A stretch of DNA of 64,000 bases, from the NCBI RefSeq assembly GCF_006345805.1, contig NC_043000.1:115444001-115508000 (forward strand). The letters run 5' to 3'. The position numbers and the translations under genes were made by a program. This document shows, piece after piece, positions 40,091 through 49,173 of the stretch (position 1 is its first letter; each line of letters begins with the position of its first letter). Source of the DNA: Octopus sinensis. Lineage: Eukaryota. Below the pieces are notes generated by a model. It was not told the DNA's origin and ran no database searches. It saw only the letters and a program-made list of their open reading frames with translations.

Positions 40091-42842
40091 CACACACATA
40101 CATGCATGGCAGGTTTCTTTCAATTTCCATCTACCAAATCCCTCACAAGGCTTTGGTCAGTCCAGGGCCATTGTAGAAGACACCCAAGGTGCTGCACAGA
40201 CTGAACCCAAGATCACATGGTTGAGAAACAACCTTTTTAAACACACAACCATGCCTGCACCTATACAAGTACAGTATGGTAATATATCAGTTGACATCTG
40301 ACATGATCTTATTTTCAAGGCCCAACATCCTTAAGTCTGACCTCATCACTTTCTCCACATCTTTTACTGTCAGTACACAGCAACACAAGTGTCTTCTACG
40401 ATAGCCATCGGCTGACCAAAGCCTCGAGTGGATTTGGTGGACAGAAACTGAAAAAGCCTATTGTGTGTATGCGTGTACCCTTGTTGATGATTGGATGATT
40501 GTAAAGTGTGTACGTGTGCTTGTGTGTGTGTGTCTCCTTACCTTGGCATTAAGTGACAGCTGTAAATGAAAGTCCTTCATTTCCAATATTCTGCCTGTCC
40601 ATGGGGAAATATTACCATGTATGGACACAAATAAGGGTTGACATCAGGAAGGGCATCAAGCTGTAGAAAATAGGCTCAGTAAATTTTGCCTGACCCATGC
40701 ATGCATGGAAAAGTGGCCAGTATGATGATGAACTCAAGTGTAAAATGTAAGTTAAAATATTCAGTTAAAATATCTTACCTGTGAGACTAACATTCAGGTG
40801 TGCCATGTTTGCGGCACTGAGGAAACGTTCTTTGGATTTTTGATATTCATAGTAGTCTTGTTTTAAATATGCTGCTTCTAATTCGTAACAAATCTCAAGT
40901 TCTCTGGAATGGTGATTAAGACAATGAAAGAAAAAAATAAAAATGCAATAACAGAATTACAATAATTACATTATTTGTATTCAACATAATTTTGGAAGGG
41001 AGGTCAGTAGGTTACATTGACTCCAGTGCTTGACTGGTACTTATTTAACACATAAAGCACGACGGGTCACAATCGTGGCTCAGATAGATGCATTTAATTT
41101 ATGGGTGTTTGTTGGGGTCTAATGTCGCTCAAACGCTCCAATACCCCCCAGAATACAAGAGGACTAATAGTTCAACTAATGACTTCTCAGATGATGTAAA
41201 ACTTGCCACTATTATATACTAAGAAAATATTTTAATAAGTTTTTGTTATGTGCGCATGGTAGTCTCATTTTCATAAAATTTTTCTCAGCAGTCTATGCTA
41301 TGTAAGTGCAAATCCCAGCGCTTTATGGGTTAATCAACCCTGAAAGGACAAAAAGCACAGGTGAGTTTCAATAGCCTTTTCAGATATGGTGACACACACG
41401 CAGGTAGACACTCATATATCAGAGTGGGTGATGCCATTAAATTGAAAGCTAAGCTGTGATCTCACTGAAGCTCGAAGTCGTTTACACTGTAATTGGTTAA
41501 AAGATAAAATACTTTAAGTAAAACTTTACCTGTTCTTCTTATCCAGCAGCGCCATCTTCTGTGTCACTGAAAAAAGAGTAATATCATATTAATACAATGT
41601 GTGAATTTGTCACTTCCTAACCATGTGGTTTCAGGTTCAGTCCTCCAGCACGGCACCTTCTACCACAGCCCTGAGTTGACCAAAATTTTGTGAGTGGATT
41701 TGGTAGACAGAAACTGAAAGAATCCCACCATATATCTGTATGCCTGTGTATATATGATTGTGTGAATGAGTTCATATTTCCCTTGCATTCACTGGTTTTT
41801 AAACTGGCTTCTTTATAATGCAGCTTGCTTACAGTCTGCCACAAAAAGACATCCGGGGGCTTCTTGACATATCTTTATATATTGCTCAATCTTAGCAAAT
41901 AAAATGCGTATTCAATCAGGAGCATGATTGATTTAAGGAGAAGACCATCCCAGACAATGCTTTTGTAGTAGTGGCACTTTTGGGTCTGCTTTATAAGCCT
42001 AGTATAGACCCGAGGAGCCAGGGGACTTAAGGGCAGTCCCAGAGGGCAGATACCCAAGCTACACCATAATATTCAATTGATATCATTTATTTCTAGCTTT
42101 TTGTATTAAACATGTCCGAGCTGTTTGCTATTTGATAGACTGGGAGGTTATGACTTCATTTGGAAACAAGTAGAGTTGATGAAAGGAATGGCATCATCAT
42201 CATTATCCTCATTTAACATCCATTTTGAATGCTGGCATGGGTTGGATGGTCTAACAGGATCCAACAGGTTGCAGGGCTGTGATGATTTTGGCATCTCACA
42301 GTAGAAAAAAAAAAAACTGTCTCAATGTACTCTCATCAGATCTATGCAAGCAGGGAAAAGTTTACATGATGATGAGGATGATATTTGCATGTTTTTAAAA
42401 AAAATTCACACAAAAGCAGAGTATTTTAACAAAAATACAGTAAAGAAAGGATTAAAACAACAGGACTGATGATCAAATGTATGCTGAATCAGTGATGAAG
42501 TGGAGTTAAATAACAATGGCATTAATTAATAATTCAAATGGAATTGTTCGAGTTTGCAAACATTTTCATCTATAATAAATTTTAACTATTAAACCTGAGT
42601 GTTAACTCTTCATTTTAATGTGCATTTTTCTCTGCTGCCATAAATTAAAACAAATTTAAGGGAGATTTGGCTGGTGTTTCTAGCCATTCCTTTAACCATA
42701 GCCACTGAAAGGGAAAACAAGGTCAATAATGCTTGAATATTCTTTTCTACTCTAAGCACAAGGCACAAAATTTTTCTCTGCTGCCATAAATTAAGACAAA
42801 TATATATACATTATTGAGGCATGGTAAAACAATTCCTCAGTA

Positions 42843-42874
<32 letters not shown>

Positions 42875-45800
42875 ATATCAGGGTAATAAAGATTTTAGAA
42901 ATTTGTACTACCAGTGGCCTAGCGTATAGAAAAATTAGTCATATAAAATGCAGTGTACATATAAACACATTAAGAGTCCTATGATGGATACCTCTTAATG
43001 TGATTAAATGTACACTGTATTTTATATAAATATATATACATATATATTGCCTTTCCTCTCACCATCCCTATCCTGTTTTCTAAGTAAAGAGTCTTGTATC
43101 CCACACATTTTTGAAAGTGGAAAATTCGTGGATGATTCCTTGACAAAGCAATGCTCACAAACTTCACTGCTTGTGGTTCAGTGAATTTTCATGAAAATAT
43201 TCACACACACACACACACACATTTAAAAGCTGGCAAGGCAGTTGTAATTTGTTCTGGAACCATAAAATACTCTTAAGTATATTATAGGATTATAAGTCAA
43301 TACTGCATCTTACCATGTGTCAACAGTGCTTGAATCTCATTTTAATGTTATCCCTATAGATTTTCTATAGAATTCATAACTATAAGTTATGAGGATTCAT
43401 AAACAAATATGTCTTTGTAAACAATGCAACTGAAAACAGAAAAATAGGGAAAGGGTGTATATGCATATTTCAAGTATTATTGTCCTTTCATCAGCATCTC
43501 ATCCAACCTATCAACTATCCTTGAATAAAAACCCAGTGGAATTCAATCTAAAACCATTCAGCTGCAAAATAATCCTTTTAGTCACAAATCCATACCTGAG
43601 CCTCTCTGTGTGTGTGTGTGTGTGTAGAATAATGAAAAAGGAAAGAGAAACTCACTTGCAGTTAGTGCTTCATCAGCAATATCCTTCAGGCTGGGAGATT
43701 TGTCATCCAGCAACCTCTGGTAAACTGACACCACCCGGAACCGCCACCACTCACCACTCTACAACAAATAATTCACAATACTTATTGAATATTATATCAG
43801 ATGATCAGTCAAGGCTTCCTTAATTATTCTAGCATTATTGGTATTTCGCCTGTCTTTACGTTCTGAGTTTAAATTCCACCGAGGTTGACTTTGCTTTTCA
43901 TCTTATCAGGCTCAATAAATTAAGTACCAGTTTCATACTGAGGTCGATCTAACAGATTGCCCCCCCTCCCCAAAAATTTTGTGCCTTGTGCCTAGAGTAG
44001 AAAAGAATATTCAAGCATTATTGACCTTGTTTTCCCTTTCAGTGGCTATGGTTAAAGGAATGGCTAGAAACACCAGCCAAATCTCCCTTAAATCCTGTTC
44101 TACTCTCTTACAAAAGGAAGGAGATATAAGACAATATAATCTTAAATGTATCTAAAAATATGAAATGGGCATGGTTGGAACAAATGATTGGTAAGCTTTC
44201 AGAATAGCTTTCATTACCTCACAGAGAAATATACCAGAAAAGGATATGGAATTGGAGAGCAAAAAGGAAAAAAAATTTAATGTTTTGGATAAAAGATTCC
44301 TTTCACAGAAGGAAATAATCACTCAATTTTTTGCCCTTTTTCATCTTAATGAAGTAATGGTAGCTAGTTTGAAAGTCTGCCAATCAACAATTATGTTTCA
44401 CAAGTGTTAATTGCTTATTTACTAATTGGCACTCCATCAGTTACGACAAGTGTTTCAGTTGATGTGATCAATGGAACAGCCAACTTGGGAAATTAACAGG
44501 CAAATGGCTGAGTATTCCACAGGCATACGCAACCTTAGTGTAGTTCTCAGGGAGATTCAGCATGACACAGAATGTGACAAGGCTGGCCCTTTGAATTACG
44601 GGTACATCTCATTTTTACCAGCTGAATGAACTGGAGCAACGTGAAATAAAGGATCTTACTCAAGGACATAATGCACTGCCAGGAATTGAAATCAGGACCT
44701 TATGACTGTGAGCTGAATACCCTAACCACTAAGCCATGTGTCTTATTTACTCGTGGCACTCTGCTGGTTGCAACGACGAGGGTTCCAGTTGATCCGATCA
44801 ATGGAACAGCCTGCTCGTGAAATTAACGTGCAAGTAGCTGAGCACCCCATAGACACATGTACCCTTAACGGAGTTCTTTGGGAGATTCAGTGTGACAAGG
44901 CTGGCCCTCTGAAATACAGGTACAACAGAAACAGGGAGAAAGAGTGAGTGAAAGTTGTGGTGAAAGAGTACAGCAGGGTTCACCACCACCCCTTGCCAGA
45001 GCCTCGTGGAGCTTTAGGTGTTTTCACTCAATAAAAATTAAAGGATGAATCTACATTCAACCTTTTTACACCTATATATATATATAAAATAATTATTTGA
45101 GGGAATATTATTCCTAACTTTAGAAATACTAAATCAAATTTCAGAAAATAAATACATATATATATAAAAATTAGAAAAAAACCACCTTTTATAAATTCAA
45201 AATGAACAATTAAATTACACCATCTAGAAAATTACATATAATTGAATTATTAAAATTAAAATAACAATAATATACCGATGATTAAGTAAATTTCAAATAA
45301 TAATAAAAACGTATATATTTAGTAGAATATATTTGTTGTTCTACCAAATATATACATTTTTATTATTATTTCGCAATTTACTTAATCATCGGTATGTTAT
45401 TGTTATTTTAATATTTCTATTATATGTAATTTTCTAGATGGTGTAATTTAATTGTTCATTTTGAATTTATAAAAGGTGGTTTTTTTCTAATTTATATATA
45501 TATATATTCAGTTTCCATCTACCAAATCCACTCGTAAGGCATTGCCCAGTCTGGGGCTATAGTAGAGAACACTTGTCTAAGAGTGAAAAAGTGAAAGGAA
45601 AACAACAGAAAATGTGAGAATAAAGATGAGCAAGAGAGAGAAAACAGAATAAAAAGCATAGAGACTAAAGGACAACAGAGATGAAGAAGAAGAATATACC
45701 AAACATTGTTTTGTGGAACACTACGTACCCAGAGTTGCTGACGGAATGTAGAACTTTCAAGTAGGATGCTTGTGGCAAGAAAAAAGCAAGGTAACTGGCG

Positions 45801-47462
45801 GCAGAGTTTGTAGACAGCTTCACCATCTTTGCAGAGTTCCTTCACTAAAAGACTGTGGAGTTTGTCTTCCTGCAAGGAAAAGGGGCAGAAAAGGGGAGAC
45901 ATTTAGTGAAGGTCAAAGATAAGTGAAATGCAACTACAATACAGGAAAACATTTTGTAATGAGATTTTCTATTGAGAATTTCAGCAGAAATTTGTCACTT
46001 ATTAAGACTGCCATCAGAAAGTGACACAACCTGAGAGGGAGATAAAGCCATTAAGTATCATCTCAGTTTGGTCTTAAGACTGGTTGAGTCAAGTGAAATC
46101 TTTGTCGTGGTCAATGCCCATGCTGCCTGACTGGCACCCATGAGAGTGGCACATAAAAAGTACCATTCGAATGTGGCTGATGCCAGTGCCGGTGGCACAT
46201 AAAAAGCACCATTCGAGCATGGCCCATACCAGAGCTAGTAGCACATAAAAAGCATCACTGAAGCATGATCATTGCCAGTGGTACATAAAAAGCACCATTC
46301 AAGCATGGCTGATGCCAGTGCTGGCTGACTAGCTCCTGTGCCAGTGGTACATAAAAAGCACCATATAAGCATGGTGGATGTCAGTGCCACCTGACTGGCT
46401 CCTTTGCCAGTGGCACATAAAAAACACTATTCAAGCATAGTCAGTGCCGCCTGACTGGCCTCCATGCCAGTAGCATGTAAAAAGCACCCACTACACTCTT
46501 GGAGTGGTTGGCATTAGGAAGGGCATCCAGCTGTAGAAACACTGCCAGATTAGATTGGAGCCTGGTGCAGCCTCCTGGCTTGTCAGTCCTCAGCCAAGCC
46601 CTCCAACCCATGCCAGCAGGGAAAGTAGGCATTAAACGACGATGATGATGAGGAGATAGTTCTTTCATTCTTTCCCTTGTTTTAGTTACTGGACCTCGGC
46701 GAAGGAAACAAAATAACCCATGCTTAATCGAAAGAAACAATGTTATAAAAACAAAGATAAGTGGAAGTGAAAAGATGGAGCACTCACCTGATATATAACT
46801 TTAGGGCACCAATTCTGGTAGAATTTCTCTAAAGAAAAGGCTTCTGTGAGTGGTCCTGTCCAATTATTTTGAAGGAATATTTGTAGGCATGAAACTCCAA
46901 CCACAAGAATTTTCAATGCGCTGAGGTTAAGAGGAAAGAAAATTAATAATGATAATAATAATAATAATCCACATTTCTTGTTTGTAACTATATATATATG
47001 TATGTATGTACATTTAAGTGTAGGTATATGTATTTATGTATATTTATATATGTATGCATATGTATAAGTATGTAAATGTGTGTGTATCTATTTATTTATA
47101 TTTATAGCTTAACCTTATGTACCTTCTAAAGTCTCTGACGAAGCCTAGAGAAACACCCAAGTACCTCAATTCCATCTACTTATTATTTCAGTCTACTGGA
47201 GGAATAAAGGTAAAATGAGGTATTTTTGCCTCTTGGCTGAAACAGCTGTAAGATACTTTCCCAATTTCTATTCCTGTATGTCACATATTTTAATAACTAC
47301 TGGTATCTTTATATATTAATATATTTTATATGTAAAACATAATATGTTGTACATGTATGTATATTCTTGTAATTGTCATTTCAGTAAATATATAAATAAA
47401 TTGATATAATATAATGTTTAAAAGTTGATGAACCACCTATTGATCCCCTCCATTTTCTTATT

Positions 47463-47527
<65 letters not shown>

Positions 47528-48826
47528 CTCATCATCATCATCATTTAATGTCCGTCTTCCATGCTAGCATGGGTGGGACCATATATATATATATAAATAT
47601 ACACAATATTAGATGCATAAAAAAGTGCTGATTTTTCAAATCAGTGGATGGAACAGATTAAAGATGGGGACCCAGGAAGATATTGGATGAAGTCCTGAAG
47701 GATGACTTTTGGATGCTGAACCTCTCAGATGAAATGACAAAGGACTGAGATACTGTACTCAAGAAAACTTGTCCCCCCCCACAGTAGAAACATTAAGGTT
47801 GCATCCCCTGGTAAAGAGGGTTGGCCTGCAAGAGTCTTGTACTGATGCCATGTAAAAGCACTCGTGGGGCCACATTATAAGCATCCAGCACCTACTGTAA
47901 TGTGGTTGGGATTAGGAAGGGCATCCAGCCGTAGAATCCATGCCAAAACAGATTAGAACTTGGTGCAGCTCTCCGGCTCTGGTCAAACTGTCCAACACAT
48001 GCCAGCATGGAAAATTAACGCTAAAGGATGATGATACACGCATACATATATGCTGGCAAAAATCTATGTATATTTAATCAATGTATTTATAAACAGTTGT
48101 TATATCTACCACATAAAATTAAGATGGACAAACATCTCAATATATATAAACGGCAAAATGTCTGTCTGTGTGTGTGTCCTTTATACAAATCCACAATTTT
48201 TCAGTTAGAGGGCTCACACTTTCTATGGTCATTCAAAATCGTCCAAGGGTGGTTGTGCACATCTTTACATTTCCCCAGTCGCCCAACAAAGCCATTAAAA
48301 AATCAATAGAAGTGACTTTTTTTGTGAATTTTCTATCCAAAACCCAATCAAAATGCCCGGAACTTGATAAGCCAATTGAATGCCAGCTAGCTGTATGTGA
48401 TTGGTCGGAGATTTGGACAGTACTCGTGTGTATGTGCACATGCATGCAGCTGTATATGCATGCACTAGCACTATGACCTGGCAACGCTGGGTCACAGTAC
48501 TAGTTTATTTATAAAACATTTGTCCTAACAAGCCCTCAGATGAAAAAAATCTTAAAAAACACAAAAAAGAAAAGAATAAAGTATGTTGAGTGTCCATGAC
48601 TTTTACCTTTTAGGGTCTGTAGACAGGAGAGAATCGATATTTTTGAGAACTAGTGCTTGGATTTCTGAAGGCTGAAGTTCTTCCAAATCTCCACCGACCA
48701 CTTCTGTGGTAAATGGATCGGCAATGACAGCTTCATAATTACCAGATAGAAAGTTTCCAATGATCACTGGCAATTCAGATTCTGAGAAAGATTAAAAAAA
48801 AAAACAAAAAGAGTACATAAATATAC

Positions 48827-48884
<58 letters not shown>

Positions 48885-48999
48885 TATATATAACTAATGT
48901 AGGATAAAATGTTTTTCGGGAAAAAAATTTTATCAATGGCCAGCATATCAAAAAATATCTTTAAAGGTTAAGTTTATAAATAATTTACAAAATAAGGGC

Positions 49000-49034
<35 letters not shown>

Positions 49035-49173
49035 ATATATGAAATAGAAAAAAAAAATCAAAAAATGATTTAGAGAATCAAACAGGAACTTAATGCAACC
49101 ACTCTAGCCAGGTACCTGGCTGGAAGGTAGCAAAGTAATTAAATTTAGGATCCACTTTAAATTTACTAAGCAT
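14532..49173 (-). CDS. TTC27: Tetratricopeptide repeat protein 27, spliced CDS (24 coding exons, 834 aa)
   Basis: Exons were assembled by hand with GT-AG sites and matching phases; lengths sum to 2505 nt. Peptides match recalled TTC27 motifs: [88 protein letters not shown]. Confidence 0.95.
15163..15345 (-). mobile_element. RTE LINE ORF C-terminal fragment
   Basis: [16 protein letters not shown], preceded by frameshifted LREK.GIRGIRCG-like sequence. Confidence 0.65.
15689..15789 (-). CDS. TTC27: TTC27 exon 23 (AHLIYS...[18 protein letters not shown])
   Basis: ag/gtaatc, 101 nt. Confidence 0.92.
18309..18420 (-). CDS. TTC27: TTC27 exon 22 ([20 protein letters not shown]...LELAD)
   Basis: ag/gtaagt, 112 nt; KAYKC..Q...WEK motif. 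Confidence 0.95.
19832..19912 (-). CDS. TTC27: TTC27 exon 21, intact copy ([27 protein letters not shown])
   Basis: ag/gtaagt, 81 nt. Confidence 0.93.
21244..21323 (-). pseudogene. TTC27: Duplicate of TTC27 exon 21 with 1-nt deletion and premature TGA
   Basis: 80 nt versus 81 nt (caatt becomes catt). It reads [16 protein letters not shown] with TGA at 21275-21273; both splice sites are intact. Confidence 0.85.
22591..22704 (-). CDS. TTC27: TTC27 exon 20 (ILKILVKAI...[10 protein letters not shown])
   Basis: ag/gtaagt, 114 nt. Confidence 0.95.
23056..23142 (-). CDS. TTC27: TTC27 exon 19 ([29 protein letters not shown])
   Basis: ag/gtaagt, 87 nt. Confidence 0.97.
23267..23345 (-). CDS. TTC27: TTC27 exon 18 ([26 protein letters not shown])
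   Basis: ag/gtaagt, 79 nt. Confidence 0.97.
24037..24264. repeat. 228-bp wholly palindromic MITE/fold-back
   Basis: attatttgccaacatgacatggcaatcc ... gggactgccatgttatgttggcaaataat. Confidence 0.8.
24702..24754 (-). CDS. TTC27: TTC27 exon 17 ([17 protein letters not shown])
   Basis: ag/gtaagt, 53 nt. Confidence 0.95.
25547..25645 (-). CDS. TTC27: TTC27 exon 16 ([12 protein letters not shown]...[13 protein letters not shown])
   Basis: ag/gtgagt, 99 nt; TPR motif. Confidence 0.95.
27250..27303 (-). CDS. TTC27: TTC27 exon 15 ([18 protein letters not shown])
   Basis: ag/gtaaga, 54 nt. Confidence 0.95.
28024..28588 (-). mobile_element. Internally deleted mariner with both TIRs and TA TSD
   Basis: TA-ttgggctgtccggaaagt ... 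actttccggacaacccaa-TA; [13 protein letters not shown] joined to the [17 protein letters not shown]-terminus. Confidence 0.92.
28877..29050 (-). CDS. TTC27: TTC27 exon 14 (AESLIREQL...[14 protein letters not shown]...GKED)
   Basis: ag/gtaagt, 174 nt. Confidence 0.97.
30721..30843 (-). CDS. TTC27: TTC27 exon 13 ([11 protein letters not shown]...[12 protein letters not shown]...)
   Basis: ag/gtaact, 123 nt. Confidence 0.97.
31436..31531 (-). CDS. TTC27: TTC27 exon 12 (EIISQ...[17 protein letters not shown])
   Basis: ag/gtaagt, 96 nt; RLxxFY...PPxW motif. Confidence 0.95.
31624..32200 (-). mobile_element. Head-to-tail trimer of family C SINE
   Basis: Units begin at 31624, 31804 and 31988 (~180 bp each); only the last retains the A-box head. 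Confidence 0.9.
32745..33325 (-). mobile_element. RTE-clade LINE 3' UTR, 5'-truncated (roughly 25 copies by eye, e.g. 16675-17125, 29545-30125, 46085-46655, 54322-54800, 55370-55797, 63470-63770)
   Basis: (GAT)n tail; longest copy reaches the ORF end [12 protein letters not shown]; internal ~55-60-bp tandem units. Confidence 0.8.
33670..33783 (-). CDS. TTC27: TTC27 exon 11 ([20 protein letters not shown]...ERSMKQIE)
   Basis: ag/gtaagt, 114 nt. Confidence 0.95.
34235..34304 (-). CDS. TTC27: TTC27 exon 10 ([23 protein letters not shown])
   Basis: ag/gtgagt, 70 nt, phase 2 to 0. Confidence 0.9.
34341..34711 (+). mobile_element. Possible Helentron/HINE-like non-autonomous element
   Basis: aacaagag start and 3' hairpin ctccgcctt-cgtt-aaggcagag followed by gtaat; assignment from memory of such elements. 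Confidence 0.45.
35545..35690 (-). mobile_element. Tx1/L1-like LINE fragment
   Basis: [29 protein letters not shown] resembles the Tx1 GGLG-region motif as I recall it. Confidence 0.45.
36401..36510 (-). CDS. TTC27: TTC27 exon 9 ([15 protein letters not shown]...AIVLGL)
   Basis: ag/gtaaga, 110 nt; NDDTxL motif. Confidence 0.95.
36638..36859 (+). mobile_element. 222-bp piggyBac-type MITE (other copies 14937-15158, 26191-26411; partial ~26780 and ~55128)
   Basis: TTAA-CCCTTTCGTTAC ... GTAACGAAAGGG-TTAA. Confidence 0.85.
37255..38095 (+). mobile_element. RTE (BovB-like) LINE 3' fragment, decayed, interrupted by a SINE
   Basis: [23 protein letters not shown]; [21 protein letters not shown]; terminal C2H2 finger [21 protein letters not shown]. 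Confidence 0.9.
37455..37664 (-). mobile_element. tRNA-derived SINE (family C) with 10-bp TSD
   Basis: TSD tttacatacc at 37445-54 and 37665-74; core tttgcctttcatcctttc..gtcgat. Confidence 0.9.
38395..38543 (-). CDS. TTC27: TTC27 exon 8 ([17 protein letters not shown]...LLPK)
   Basis: ag/gtatgg, 149 nt; hallmark [10 protein letters not shown]. Confidence 0.97.
39105..39538 (+). mobile_element. Probable solo LTR
   Basis: TGT...ACA ends, internal TATAAA (~39250) and AATAAA (~39445); imperfect flanks aaga/aagt. Confidence 0.5.
40779..40903 (-). CDS. TTC27: TTC27 exon 7 ([20 protein letters not shown]...VSLT)
   Basis: ag/gtaaga, 125 nt. Confidence 0.95.
41049..41329. mobile_element. Third TTAA-targeting MITE, inserted in a SINE
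   Basis: TTAA-cacataaagcac ... gcgctttatggg-TTAA; removing it restores the SINE motif ggtacttatttaatcaaccctgaaagg. Confidence 0.8.
41530..41566 (-). CDS. TTC27: TTC27 exon 6 (37-nt small exon, [11 protein letters not shown])
   Basis: ttttcag/gtaaag; its phase 1 to 2 is required to join exons 5 and 7. Confidence 0.85.
43656..43758 (-). CDS. TTC27: TTC27 exon 5 ([24 protein letters not shown]...)
   Basis: ag/gtgagt, 103 nt; WWxxR...QxLLxxxSP motif. Confidence 0.95.
45160..45500. repeat. 340-bp AT-rich hairpin with 11-nt loop
   Basis: Arms 45160-45327 and 45339-45500 are reverse complementary. Confidence 0.85.
45729..45869 (-). CDS. TTC27: TTC27 exon 4 (EDKLHSLL...KDGEAVY...QQLW)
   Basis: ag/gtacgt, 141 nt; DGE motif. 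Confidence 0.9.
46788..46920 (-). CDS. TTC27: TTC27 exon 3 ([23 protein letters not shown]...VIYQ)
   Basis: ag/gtgagt, 133 nt; conserved LQxFxQxNWTGP motif. Confidence 0.95.
47128..47259 (+). ncRNA. Minimal type I hammerhead ribozyme with extended stem II (Penelope-like/retrozyme type)
   Basis: CUGACGA at 47135-41; stem II AGCC/GGCT; GAAA at 47239-42; stem III AC-agct-GU (palindromic ACAGCUGU); GUA cleavage triplet ending at 47250; stem I aaagtct/aga(ta)cttt. Confidence 0.75.
48135..48503 (+). mobile_element. Non-autonomous Helitron
   Basis: A|TC 5' end, subterminal hairpin tgacctggc-aac-gctgggtca, CTAG|T 3' end. Confidence 0.85.
48607..48781 (-). CDS. TTC27: TTC27 exon 2 ([19 protein letters not shown]...STDPK)
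   Basis: ag/gtaaaa sites, 175 nt, phase 1 to 2; GNYEA motif. Confidence 0.9.
49116..49173 (-). CDS. TTC27: TTC27 candidate coding exon 1 ([19 protein letters not shown]+G)
   Basis: ATG lies directly after a ttttcag acceptor. The CAG|GTACCT donor gives the phase 1 needed by exon 2 and brings the protein to the expected length. No recognisable homology. Confidence 0.55.

Noticed and set aside
45699-45728. Extension of exon 4 to the downstream gtatat donor
   Set aside because: It gives phase 2, which is incompatible with exon 5
46085-46500. CRISPR-like array of palindromic repeats with variable spacers
   Set aside because: Eukaryotic context, no cas genes; the 'spacers' are diverged copies of one unit inside a LINE 3' UTR
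14532-49173. U12-type or non-canonical introns in TTC27
   Set aside because: All 23 introns are GT-AG with ordinary U2-type donors
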